From Octopus bimaculoides (lineage: Eukaryota), in NCBI RefSeq assembly GCF_001194135.2, contig NC_068999.1:4963303-5027277 (forward strand): DNA of 63,975 nucleotides, given 5' to 3'. The translations under genes were made by a program, and so were the position numbers. Positions 1-13,288 of this stretch are shown here, in pieces (position 1 is the first letter of the stretch; each line of letters begins with the position of its first letter). The notes under the pieces were generated by a model. The model searched no databases, had not been told where the DNA came from, and saw nothing but the letters and a program-made list of their open reading frames with translations.

Positions 1-1460
1 TATCTATCTATCTATCTATATATATATATATTTGGAAATGGATGTATGGTGTTCAATTAAATAATAAATAGCATTTACTATTTATTATATTTATTTATTT
101 ATATATATATATATATGTATGTATGTGTATGTGCATGCATGTGTATACATGTGTGTGCGCGTGTGCATATACACACACATACGATCAAGACTGCCGTTCC
201 TTGTTTTAAATTCATGCGATTAGTATTTCCACTTTTCGGCTTTGACCACCAGTTCCCCACCCCCACCAACTCCACTCCGCCGCCATTCTACTTCCCCCAC
301 CCCCCATCCCGACCGCCACTCCTCTGACTCCGCTGTCTTCCTTCTACAGTTTAATACCTTCTCCATCTGTCACATGGCTGTGGTGATGGTGTCGGTGGGG
401 AGGTGGTCTGCGTTTGTCTATCAAGGTTTTTGGTGATGGTCGTGGGAGGGTTGGTGGATTCCTTGATGTCTACATGTGTGGTGGTGGTGGTGGTGGTGGT
501 AGTTTTTGGGCATTGGAAGACCTCTTCTGGTTCTCTTTTGTCACTTGGTGGCAGCTGGTGTCTGTCATCACACAGGAATGGAGAGGCCCACCAAGACATT
601 TACCATCCCCATCAGCATCCTCATCCTCATCATTATCATCATTATTTAACCCCACTATCATCATTTCAACTATGCTCCCTCTTCCACCACCATCACTATC
701 ATCACAACCAGCACACTATCACATTGCTAATGTTTTCCACACCATCACCTCATTGCCACTGTTGTTACTATTACTACTACCACCACCACCACCAGCCGTA
801 GAACAAGGCTACTGTTTACAATGAAAGAAACCAGAAGCTTCTAAATGAAGAAAATGACAAATTTCATTTAACATGAGGTCACATAACCCTAACATGTGAT
901 AATATTCACAATATGCTTGTCTGTGTTTATATGTGTTTGTATATGTGCCCATGTGTGTATGTATGTCTATATACATACACACACACACACATATATATGT
1001 ATATGTATATATACATACACCCCCCCCCATACACACATACACACGTGTATGCATATGCATATGTATGAGTGTGTCTCTGTGTCTCATATTTCTTTGGAAA
1101 CTTCCCTTCCCCCACCCCGGTTCTGCTTTTGTTTTTTGGCGGTAACATGTGATATATTGGGAGGACTTATTGGTTTGTTCTCACTCCCACTGTGTGTGTG
1201 TGTGTGTGCGTGTTTATTAAATTACTAGTGCGTTAACAGTGTTTTGTTTCGTTGCTCTCATGTACTATAGAACATATCTATAGATTTTTAACCTACACTG
1301 TATGTCACAGCAAATGTATACAAGCCTACACACACATACATACATACATATACATGCACATACATTATCTATATAAATCTGGTGCTCTGTCACCACTGTA
1401 ACACCATATAGCATGCCTCCTATAACAAAACTGTGTGTATGTGTGTGTGTGTGTGTGACG

Positions 1461-1655
1461 TGCAGGTGTGCCTATACGGTAAGAAGTTTGCTTCTCAACC
1501 ACATGGATCTAGGTTCAGTTCTGTTGCATTGGTGCATCTTGGACAAGTGTCTTCTGAGAGGATTTGGTAGATGGAAATTGAAAGTAGTCTGTTGTATACA
1601 TGTGTGTGTTTGCGTTTCCTTGTCTTGGCATCATGTGATAGTTATAAATGATTAT
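1461..1655 (+). mobile_element. tRNA-derived SINE family A (CORE-like), degenerate copy
   Basis: Head GGTAAGAAGTTTGCTTCTCAACCACATGG...GGTTCAG, then CTTGGACAAGTGTCTTCT and GGATTTGGTAGATGGAAA, shared with many copies in the window. Confidence 0.75.
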
Positions 1656-2035
1656 TGGTCACATTCATACAAGCAGTGTAATTCATTTCCAATATTTTGC
1701 AAAAAAAAAACATGTTTATGTTTGGTCATGGATAAGTGTTAGCTCGTTTGGAAATAGGTAACGGTTGGTGACTGGAAGATCATCCAGCTGTAGAAAATCT
1801 GCGTCAATAACAGGGGTTGGGGTGGAGTTAATTTTAATAAACCTTGCAATTTGTTGTTACGTATTCTATTGAACCCCTTGAAATATAAAATGAACCCACT
1901 GGGATTTGAACTCACAGTATAAATCAAACCAACTTAATTAAATATCATTGAGTCCGTTAGTCCGGCATCCCACAATGCTGTTAATTAATATGAACAAACA
2001 TTTGCTTAGCATTCTTCTTTTCACATCGATTGTAA

Positions 2036-2083
<48 letters not shown>

Positions 2084-2649
2084 TCTTCACTGCTTTGTTT
2101 TTATTGGTTTACTTTTTTGTTTTGTTTTGTTGTTCCTGTTTCTTTATAAAGATTTCCGATGGAACTCTTACACCCTGGAGCCTTTCCAATAAAAATTAAC
2201 TCATGCCAGGGGAAAAGACAAAAAGAACAGAAAATATTTCAGATTTCACACACACGCACATATATGCATACATATATATGTATATATATAGACACATACA
2301 CACATATTATATACACATTGAAAATATCCTAAGTATTTCAGAAATGTTGGCTTTACTTTTTTCTTTCTCTTTTCCTTGTTTTCTTTCTTTGTCACTTCTC
2401 TTTCTTTTCTATCATCTTCTTTCCTTTTCTCTTTCCATTTTTCTTTCTCTCTCTCTCTCTCTCTCCCTTCTGTCTTTCTGTCTTTCTCTCTCTTACACCC
2501 CACCATTCACATCCCACTCTTCATTTCACCTCCCATTTTGTCTCCACTTCCCCTCCTCTTCTCTATTTCCACCCTCTATCCATTTTCACTGATTCTCCCC
2601 CACCGCACTCCTCCCATTTCTCTCCGATGCTTTGCAGGTCTATCAAACC

Positions 2650-3025
2650 CATCTCTTGGGAAGTAGCAGTAGTATGGATCCATGTGCTGCAACAGTGTGT
2701 TGCTGCTTTCACCACTTGTTGGCCAGACACGCTTTCCATGGAAGACTGGAAGCAAACAACACCACTTGTATGGCAGTGATGCTCATTTACAACCACCATC
2801 TGAAGTCAAAGGCAATGGCACAAACACACACATATGAGAAATGATAAACATGATTATATCAGTTGTTCCCTACACATGTTTCACCATTGCGGCTATTTGC
2901 AATCCCTGTTGTCATAATCATGCATCTAACTGTACACCCAAAATGTACCATGTTGCTGCAGAGTGGGACTGAACCCAAGAACCCGTGGTTGGAAAGCAAG
3001 CTTCTCAGCCACACAGCTGCACCCG
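2650..3025 (-). mobile_element. SINE family A, degenerate copy
   Basis: Reverse complement of the family A head at about 2950-3025; body similar to 1610-1655. Confidence 0.6.
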
Positions 3026-3430
3026 CAAGCAAACTGCCGATCATGGATCAGTGGTTACTAATCTGCTAATTTTAGCTCCCACCCTTCAACCTTTCCCTTC
3101 CTCCTCATATCTGACCTACATCTTTAATCTCTCCTCCCCCCCCCGTCGTCTTTACTCGCCTTGATTGACTAATAACTACCTATCTTTAATGAAATGCCAT
3201 TACATGCCTAAAGTGTGAACAACATGCTACTTGTTGATGGTGCCCTGATAACAGAGCCAGAGTGGGGGGGGGGACATAACCTTAATGTGTTTGCCAATCT
3301 TGGTGGTGGTGATAGACATTGACCTTGAATAAATTAGAGGAAAGGTAACCCTAACCCTCCACCCCCACCCCTCCCCAACTGTTATATATGTGATTATGGA
3401 TTTAAGCACATGCAGGATATATTCAAACTC

Positions 3431-3462
<32 letters not shown>

Positions 3463-3789
3463 CTACCTGGTGTATTCGCACATGCACAGGTATATTCACA
3501 CACATCTACACAAGTAAAGTCGCACGAGGGTCACCCAACCATAGAAACCATGTCAGAGCTGACACTGGAGCTTGGTGTGACCCCATGGCTTATTGGATCC
3601 TGTCAAACCATCCAACCCCTGCCAGCATGGAAAACATGTTAGATGATCATGATTATGATGGTAATGATGTTGATGATGATAATGGTCATGATGATGATGA
3701 TACATAAAAGAATGCTTAGAGACCAAACCACAACTCCATTACCCCACCCCCACCCCATCTTCCCTCCTATATTCAGTTCCTGCTTTATA

Positions 3790-3916
3790 CAGGGTATCCA
3801 CAAAGTCTGGGTAAATGGGGATTAACACATACTTTAAGAAATTATTATTTCTTATATTTAATTGTTTACGTTACGATTTTATTTACTCCAAGTACCCAGA
3901 CCTTGTGGACACCCTG
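3790..3916. mobile_element. Tc1/mariner-type MITE, 127 bp
   Basis: 24-bp TIRs CAGGGTATCCACAAAGTCTGGGTA / TACCCAGACCTTGTGGACACCCTG (2 mismatches), TA on both flanks. Confidence 0.85.
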
Positions 3917-4334
3917 TAGACAATGTCAGTGTGTTGTCCTGAGATTCAGGACTTTAGACATCTCCCCTGTTTTGAAGACTGTGTGGAGAGTTTCTTATTA
4001 GATCCTTAGCTAGGTTTCGGTTAGAATTGGCCCAGGCCATGACTAACATAATAGCACCACCTGGAAAAATCATTTAATAATAATTCATATCACAGTCATT
4101 CCTTGAGCACCATAGCCCATTCGAGTAAAGAGTTATTGCTTGCAGACATATATGTAGGTGTAGGTGGTTTATTTGTTGGAATTTGGTGGAAACATTCATC
4201 CAGGAACTGTTTGAATGTTATGAGATCATTTTCTTCCCAAGACCAAAAATAGCTCTACTGTACCCAATCCCTGCTTCAAAGACAATAGTTGGAGAGATTT
4301 CACTGTAAGAAGCTCCTTCGCTGACTCATGTGTT

Positions 4335-4575
4335 CCCTATCTTATTTCTTTCTTGCCCACAAGGGGCTAAACATAGAGGGGACAAACAAGGACAGACGAA
4401 GGGATTAAGTCGATTACATCGACCCCCAGTCCATAACTGGTACTGAATTTATCGACCCTGAAAGGATGAAAGGCAAAGTCGACCTCGGTGGAAATTGAAC
4501 TCAGAATGTAAAGACAGACGAAATAGCGCTAAGCATTTCACCCGACGTGCTAACGATTCTGCCAGCTCACCGCCT
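4335..4575 (-). mobile_element. tRNA-derived SINE family B, long-tailed near-complete copy
   Basis: Reverse complement of GGCGGTGAGCTGGCAGAATCGTTAGCACG...GAGTTCAA...CTTTGCCTTTCATCCTTTCAGGGTCGATAAA plus the tail CCCCTCTATGTTTAGCCCCTTGTGGGCAAG. Confidence 0.85.
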
Positions 4576-5699
4576 TATCTGTGTTCCCTATCTTAAGAAA
4601 GGAAGTTTATTGAGAGGAGGTTTGGTCCCTCCAATAACTAGGGTTTGTGATTACACACGGGCCTTCATTGATTCTATCATTGCTGTTGTTGCTGTTTGAC
4701 CTTTACAAAGACTTCTGTCTCTGATGCAGTCCTCTCTCGTTTTTGAAAATAATATTCATTGCTAATAAGGTTTGATAATTTTCCTCTCTCGCATTTATAT
4801 ATAAACAGCTACACAGCTGTGTGAGTTTGAATATATCCTGCGTGTTCTTTTACAAACCGTGTGTGTGTGTGTTTATAAGTGTGTGTGTGTTTATATGTAT
4901 GTATTTATAAGTGTGTGTATAGGTGTATGTCGATAGATGTGTGTCTGTATCTATAAGTATGTGCGTGTATACGTATTTGCATACTGGTGTTTACAGAACT
5001 TCCATTCGGTTTACTTTAGAATTTCTAGAAACACCTCTACATCTTTCTGTTCAACAATCGCTTGCTATTTAGTTACAGTGTCAGTGTTCAGCACGTGTGT
5101 GTGTATGTGTAAATATAAGTGTGTGTGTGTGTCAAGTGGTTCAGTACTGTGCCATCGCTTCAAGTGTCTCATCTGACCTTTAAACTCCAAAGACCCAAAG
5201 AATGAAAAACTTAGCACTAATCATTAATATTTCTTCTTTTAAATTTTATTTAATTAAAGATCGCAGACAGGATGTTGTTGACTCTGTTTTTTTTTTTTTC
5301 TTATTAGCTCTGTCATTATCACACACACACACACACGCACACACATGCTGTTGACCTTCATGAGGTTTGAACTCAGAATGCAAGAGCCAAAATAATTACT
5401 CCAAGCCATTTGGCCAGTGCCTTAATGATTTTGCCAGTTGACTGCCTTTCATGCTTTTGAAGTACCAGTCAAGTACTGGAGCCAATTCTCCTCACCCCCT
5501 CTCTTCCTCCCTCCATCTCCCCCTATTTCTCACAGAATCAGTTATGCTGTGCTGTGGCTCACAAGGAACAACCCAAAGTGTCATGTCCCTTTCCTTCAAG
5601 TAATGAAAGTGGATTGACCTAGGGGCCTCTATTTCTCCCCCAAAGTACTACAGAAACTGCCCCAAGAAACCATTGAACACTAAGCCACATACCTCCACT

Positions 5700-6006
5700 G
5701 GAACAGTATTGTTGTTGTTGGCACTCTGTCGCTTACGACGTCGAGGGTTCCAGTTGAACAGCCTGCTCGTGAAATTAACGTGCAAGTGGCTAAGCGCTCC
5801 ACAGACATGTGTACCCTTAACGTAGTTCTCGGGGATATTCAGCGTGACACAGTGTGACAAGGCTGGCCCCTTTGAAATACAGGTACAATAGAAACAGGAA
5901 GTAAGAACGAGAGAAAGTTGTGGTGAAAGAGTACAGCAGGGTTCGCCACCATCCCCTGCCGGAGCCTCGTGGAGCTTTAGGTGTTTTCGATCAATAAACT
6001 CTCACA
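5700..6006 (-). mobile_element. SINE family D body with (AAC)n tail, chimeric 5-prime part
   Basis: Shares CTCCACAGACA(T/C)GTGTACCCTTAACGTAGTTCTC...GGCTGGCCCCTTTGAA with 34645-34730. Confidence 0.7.
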
Positions 6007-6953
6007 NNNNNNNNNNNNNNNNNNNNNNNNNNNNNNNNNNNNNNNNNNNNNNNNNNNNNNNNNNNNNNNNNNNNNNNNNNNNNNNNNNNNNNNNNNNNNN
6101 NNNNNNNNNNNNNNNNNNNNNNNNNNNNNNNNNNNNNNNNNNNNNNNNNNNNNNNNNNNNNNNNNNNNNNNNNNNNNNNNNNNNNNNNNNNNNNNNNNNN
6201 NNNNNNNNNNNNNNNNNNNNNNNNNNNNNNNNNNNNNNNNNNNNNNNNNNNNNNNNNNNNNNNNNNNNNNNNNNNNNNNNNNNNNNNNNNNNNNNNNNNN
6301 NNNNNNNNNNNNNNNNNNNNNNNNNNNNNNNNNNNNNNNNNNNNNNNNNNNNNNNNNNNNNNNNNNNNNNNNNNNNNNNNNNNNNNNNNNNNNNNNNNNN
6401 NNNNNNNNNNNNNNNNNNNNNNNNNNNNNNNNNNNNNNNNNNNNNNNNNNNNNNNNNNNNNNNNNNNNNNNNNNNNNNNNNNNNNNNNNNNNTATAAGAG
6501 GAGACTGATGAGCTTACATCTTGATGGTGGGGTGGTGGTGGTGGTGGTGGTGGTGGTGGTGGTAATGATGGTGGTCAGTGTGATGTTGGTGGAGGTGGAG
6601 GAGGTGGCAGTGGTGGTAGTGTAGATCATTATGGTAGCAGTGGTGATGATGATGCTGGTTGTGGTGATGTCGCTGGAGATGGTGGTGGTGGTGGTGGTGG
6701 TGTGGACAGTAGTGGGGGTAGTAGTGATTGAAGTGGTCATGTTAGTAATTGTAGCAGCGATAAAGGCGGTGGTGTAGGTACCAGTAGAGGTGGTGATGGT
6801 TATAACGGCAGTAGTTGTAGTAATAATAGTAGTGGTGGTGGTTGGAGAGTGACATGGTTTCATGATAATCATACTGAGTTGTGAATCAGGTAGGAATTAA
6901 ACTAATTAATTAGTAAATGATCTCAATTATATATAGATTTGTTTATATAATAG

Positions 6954-7113
6954 ATGCAGGCATGGGTATGTGGTAAGAAACTTGCTTTCAGACCACATGG
7001 TTTCAGGTTCAGTCCCTCTGTGTGACACCTTGGTCCACTGTCTTCTATTATAGCTTCGGGCTGACTAAGACCTTGTGAGTGAATTTGGGAGATGGAAACT
7101 GAAAGAAGCCCAT
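6954..7113 (+). mobile_element. SINE family A head and core
   Basis: Same motif series as 13050, 19138, 28835, 32066, 33216, 50212 and 53112. Confidence 0.8.
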
Positions 7114-7149
7114 CCTATACACATATATATATATATATATATATATAAA

Positions 7150-7575
7150 TCGTAGTCATGGCTGATACCAGTGCTGTCTAACTGGCACCCATGCTGGTGG
7201 CACATGACAAGCACCATTCAGGTGTGGGTTGATGCCAGTGACGCCTGACTGGCTTCAGTGCACGTAAAAAGCACCACCCAAACGTGGTCGATGCCAGTGC
7301 CCCCCAACTGGCTCCAGTGCTGGTGGCACATAAACAGCACCATTGAAATATGGTCGATGCCAGTGACACCTGACTGGCTCCTGTACTGGTGGCACATAAA
7401 AAGCACCCACTACACTCTTGGAGTGGTTGGCGTTAGGAAGGGCATCCAGCTGTAGAAACCTTGCCAGATTAGACTGGAGTCTGGTGCAGCCTCCTGGCTT
7501 CCCAGACCCCAGTCGAACCATCCAACCCATGCCAGCATGGAAAACGGATGTTAAACGATGATGATGATGACGATG
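7150..7575 (+). mobile_element. SINE family C with internal tandem repeats and (GAT)n tail
   Basis: Three GATGCCAGTG...ACTGGCT...CAC(A/G)TAAA..GCACC units, then GAGTGGTTGGCGTTAGGAAGGGCATCCAGCTGTAGAAA...CCAACCCATGCCAGCATGGAAAACGGATGTTAAACGATGATG. Confidence 0.8.
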
Positions 7576-8940
7576 CCTATGTATGTGTATATAGGTGTGT
7601 GTGTGTGTGTAAAGAGCAGAGGGATTTAGTTGGATTAGCCTTTAGGCAACCATTAAAACCAGAATCGATCCAGAATTATATTTGTGGTGGAGGTAAAGAA
7701 TCTGGTGGTAGGGGTGGGGATGGGGTGACTCTAATCCTTTACACCACCAATTGTTGTACATCTTAAACAATTTCTTCTGAACAGTTCACTGCATCTCTCG
7801 CACTCCCCCCCCCCTTTCTTCCTCCGTGTTCTTCCTCCATTAACCACTCGGAGCACTCAGTTGCTCAGGATCTTAACAAAGGAACTCTCCTGTGGGGCTG
7901 GAAGGCTTGATCAGGGCATGTGTGTGGCAGGGGCAGGATCATTAACTGTTAGGGATTAGCAGTGTCTGTGTGTGTGGGTAAGGGAGGTGTTATTTAGCCC
8001 TAGGTCAGTCCTGATTGAGCAAAATTATTGTCATTCCAGCCATGACAGTCCCGTCTATTTATTTAGATTTTTTTTTTTCTTTTATCCTTTCCTCGTTTTA
8101 CTTGGTTTGGTCCTGTGATGCGGATGGGTGTCGACAGCTCCATGAAAATTAAAACCTTCCCTCAAAATTTCACATTAATTTATGTTCCAGAAACTAGCTT
8201 AATTAACGAAAAGGTTATTTTATTTAATTTCTTCATTATTTCCAAAATTAATTGAAACAAAGAACAAAGGAAGTGCATTTCAATAGAAATTTGGTAACAA
8301 AAGGGTGAAGGGGTTATTTGGAATTGACATATTTCTAACTTAAAAATCATGGGAAGCTTCAGTTCAGATATGAATGCATTAAAATGAGGTGTGGAGTGGG
8401 GGGAGTGGGGCAGGGTCGGGTCTTAGGACCAGAGTTGGCTTCAGGTGGGTTGGTATGAAAAACAAAAAGGGGGTGAAATGTTCTCCTCCTAACTTCTTGT
8501 TTATAAATACTAAATATAACGAGCGGCTATAGTAATTATGTGACCCTCTTTTGTGTGGTGGTGGTGGTGGTTTTGGTGGGCAGGGTATTTTTAATTTCTT
8601 TTTTAATGTTTGAACACGACTGACTGACCATTTTCATAACAATAACTAATAATAATAATAATAATAATAAATAAACAAGAACAATAATGCCTTAATAACT
8701 GCCTTCCGTACAAATTTATGATGTTGTTCTAATGTTGATATTTATCTTTATGACTCATTAGCAGACTCATTAGCAGCATTTCGTCTGTCTTTACATTCTG
8801 AGTTCTGATCCCGCCAAGGTCGACTTTACTTTTCATCCTTGTGGGGTCAATAAAATAAGTACCAGTTGAGAGCACTAGGGTTGATGTAATCGACTTGACC
8901 CCTCCTCCAAAACTACTGGCCTTGTGTCTATAGGACAAAG

Positions 8941-9150
<210 letters not shown>

Positions 9151-9529
9151 TAAGGTGGCGAGCTGGCAGAATCGTTACCATGCCAGGCAAAACACTTAAC
9201 GGCATTTCATCTGTTCTATATGTTCAGAGATCAAATTCTGCTGAGGTCAACTTTGCCTTTCGTCCTTTTGGGGTCAGTGAAATAGGTACCAATTGCACAC
9301 AGGGTCAACGTAATCAACTTACCACCTCCCATAAAACTTCAGGCTTTGGGCCTGTATTAGAAAGGATTATTATGTCATTTTATGAGAGGGTGGTATAGGT
9401 CTGCAAATATTTAAAGAAACTCTCATTAAACTTCTTTCTACTCTCTCCCTTTCCTTTTCTTTCTCTTCTGGCAGAATCAATCTAAATTAGTGTAATTATA
9501 ACCACAAAATCTTTAAGCTATGGTTGTAT

Positions 9530-9562
<33 letters not shown>

Positions 9563-10642
9563 GGTGTAGTGTGTGTGTGTTAGGTGTAGTGTTGGTGTGG
9601 GTGCATGCATGTGTGCTTGTGTGTAGGAGGGGGGCACTGTAGATATGTGTGTGTATTGTGTATTTATAGTGTGTGTGTGTGTGTGTGTGTGTATGACAGG
9701 AATATGTGGCTGTATGTGTGTGGGTGCATATGTGAGGGGCTGTGTGTTATTGTTTATGTCTATGTGTATGTGACACTATATATATATGTGTATATATGTG
9801 GTGTTCTCTGTGTGTGTCTCAGATAAATGCTGAATTACATGCTGTCCTGTTTTTTTCATAACAATTAACTAAGCCATATAATTTTACTGCCAATAATATT
9901 CATTTCAATCAACACCACCACCACCATCACCACCACCATCATCATCATCACTGTTATTATGTTGTCTGTATTTAGTTCTGTCTACACATGAATCATCACA
10001 ATCCTTTATACCATGTCTATGGGAAAAGGTGGCACATTTATTTTACACAGCCGGTACTTGTTGTTTAACCCTAGGCCATCCCGGGTCGGACGGACCCATG
10101 ATCGCAAGTATTCTAGTAGCAGTGACTATCTTCTTTCCTTCTTTTACTCGTTTCAGTCATTGGACTACAGCCATACTGGAGCACCAGTACTTGCATTTTA
10201 AGCCTCATACTTATTCTGTTGGTGTTTGTTGCCAAACTGCTAAGTATCAAATATATATCAGCCGGGCCGAAAGGGTTAATGGCTTACAAGAAGGGGATTC
10301 TCTGGGTGCATAAGGGCCTGGGGATCAGTGAGTATCTGCTGGGGCCCATGACTCTGAGCTGAGACTCATGACTCTGCTGGGGCTTGTGACTCTCTAACTG
10401 GGCTTGTGACCTCTGCCCCTGATATTTCTCGCCTTGTCCCAGAACTTGAAATCAATATTGGGGGTGGGGTCGGGGTGGGGGGGTCACTGTTCTTTCCTCA
10501 CTTTTCTAAAGAAGGAAGAACACTTTGATCTATGAGGTCCTGGGTCAAAAAGACAGGATGGTCACAGCTGGCAGAATGTTTGTGGTGAAAGGCCTACTTG
10601 GTCAAAGATGACCTGGAGTCACTACTCAACACCAACAATTTC

Positions 10643-10679
<37 letters not shown>

Positions 10680-11036
10680 CGTGCCTCAGTTCATCTGTCT
10701 ATGAAGGAATCGGTACCAAATCTTCTGGGAATCTGACTAAATATAACAGACCAGACATCAAAGAGAGGAAGTTGCCTCTAAAATCTAAAATATCAACTGA
10801 AATCGTCAGTGTAGGATGGCCCAGTTGGTGCACACTGCCCTTTCCTCTCTTCCTTTTCCTTCTCTCCTAAATAATAATGTTTTCTAACAGTCACATGACC
10901 ACAAAGCTTTTAGGGAGATGGATGGGGCTGTGGATGGGGGGAACAGCTGATTACATCAATGCCTCTATTTGACTGGTACTTTACACACCATACACATATA
11001 CGTCTCTCTTTCTCTCTCTCTCTCTCAATTGCACGT

Positions 11037-11075
<39 letters not shown>

Positions 11076-11239
11076 AAAATTTCAGTACCATTCAAAGTCA
11101 AGTCACTAACGTTAATAGTTGTGTCAGGTGTGGGTATTGGTGGGGGTGGAATGAGATGATAGAGATATATCTTGTAGAGCATCTGTGATACATATGATAA
11201 CTTTGTCTCTCTCTCTCTCTCTCACATACACACACACCC

Positions 11240-11279
<40 letters not shown>

Positions 11280-11280
<1 letters not shown>

Positions 11281-11720
11281 TCTTTTATTCTTTTATTTGT
11301 TTCAGTCATTTGACTGTGGCCATGCTGGAGCACTGCCTTTTTAGTTGAACAAATCGACCCCAGGACTTATTCTTTGTAAGCCTACTACTTATTCTATCGG
11401 TCTCTTGAGCCAAACTGCTAAGTTACAGAAAACGTAAACACACCAACACCGGTTGTCATGCGATGATGGGGCAGAAATACAGACACACAAACAGCCAAAT
11501 CAGATTGGAGCCTGGTGTTGCCATCCGGTTTCGCCATCCGGTTTCACCAGTCCTCAGTCAAGTCGTCCAACCCATGCTAGCATGGAAAGCGGACATTAAA
11601 CGATGATGATGATGATACGTCTACCAAATCCACTCACAAGGCTTTGGTCAGCCCAAGACTATAGTAGAAGACACTTACCTAAGGTGCCACGCAGTGGGAT
11701 TGAACCCAGAACCATGTGGT
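11280..11720. mobile_element. SINE cluster: family A tail (-) 11280-11475, family C tail (+) 11493-11617, family A head (-) 11618-11720
   Basis: Motif identity with other copies in the window. Confidence 0.8.
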
Positions 11721-11725
11721 ATATA

Positions 11726-11811
<86 letters not shown>

Positions 11812-12323
11812 TGCATACACATGCATAGATAAACAGATAGATTGTATGTAAACCCATGCACACATAGAGACATGTGTGTCTGTGTGTACAATATGTGGCT
11901 GACACTTGCCATGTGTTCTGTTTATAGTTTGGCATTGAGAGAAAAAAAGATGATTAAATGTAAACTATTTTTAGCCCAGCATGACCTAACTCCAGTTAAA
12001 GGAAGGTTCTGGAGAAGACTAACTAACTGAATGTCATTGGCAGCAATATGGAGAACTAGTGAATCCAGATGACCAGATTTTTGGTAATGTAGCTGGATTT
12101 AATAAGAAATGTATTAGTACTAAAGAAATAATGAAAGGTGTGTGTGTGCATGCAATATGTAATTTCAAACAATACAGAGAATGTATGTGCTTATGATTGT
12201 ATGTAATATATACAACTGTCAGTATATAACTATAGGTGTTTCTTTGTGTGTGTGTGTGTGTGTAGATAGATAGATAGATAGATATACACACACGTCTGTG
12301 CATGTGTGTGTATGCATGCATTT

Positions 12324-12361
12324 ATATGTGTCTGTGTGTATTTAAATAGATAGATAGATAG

Positions 12362-12447
<86 letters not shown>

Positions 12448-12455
12448 GGATAGAT
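12324..12455. repeat. (GATA)n/(TA)n compound microsatellite
   Basis: Direct reading. Confidence 0.9.
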
Positions 12456-13049
12456 AGAGTGAGGGAGAGGAAAGAATAAAGTAGAAATAAGAGATGAATA
12501 GATGTAGCAACAGGACATCCTCTGTATTAAAGTACCAAAAACTGAGTCATCACTCACAACGTAGCACCAGATGCTGGGGTGGGGTAGTGCGTGTCTGAGA
12601 CAGAGCTGGGGGTGAGTGTTTGCCGGTGATGTTTGGTGACAAGAATCCTCATTATCACATTGATATGATACGACAAATTCGTCACAAATTATTTAATCTA
12701 GCCAATTAAAATAAATCTCACTCCATTATTATAATGATCCTGGAAGGACAAAATGCTTAGTCACCCTTGGCAAGATTTGATCACACAATAAATGGACTGT
12801 AAATACCACAAAACCATGTCCTTAATCTGCCTTTTCTGTTACCCCTAACTGCCCTTAATAACAATTATCCTATTGTCATTTGATTTGACTGGGCACACTA
12901 CCATCGTCTTTGTTACTAGTCTTACCCTTTCATCTTTTTAGGGTTGATAAAATAAGTACCAGTCAAATATTGGGGTTGATATAATGAACTAGGGTCCTCC
13001 CCTAAAATTTCTGGAGCCTATAGTTGAAAGGTTTGATTCTGTGCAAAGT

Positions 13050-13210
13050 ACAAGTGGCTGTGTGGTAAGAAGCTTGATTACCAACCACATGGTTCCGGGT
13101 TCAGTCCCACTGCATGGCACCTTGGCAAGTGCCTTCTACTATAGCTTTGAGCTGACCAAAGCCTTGTGAGTGGATTTGGTAGATGGAAACTAAAAGAAGC
13201 CTGTCATATA
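13050..13210 (+). mobile_element. SINE family A head and core
   Basis: GTGGCTGTGTGGTAAG (A-box-like), GGTTCAGTCCC (B-box-like), CACCTTGGCAAGTG core. Confidence 0.85.
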
Positions 13211-13229
13211 TACATATATNNNNNNNNNN

Positions 13230-13288
<59 letters not shown>

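Noticed and set aside
2632-2844. ORF after the acceptor-like TTTGCAG
   Set aside because: It overlaps a minus-strand SINE A body and shows no protein similarity.
13050-13130. tRNA-like A/B boxes here and at 1880-1975, 28835, 32066, 34800 and 62720
   Set aside because: No cloverleaf could be built; each runs straight into a SINE core repeated across the window.
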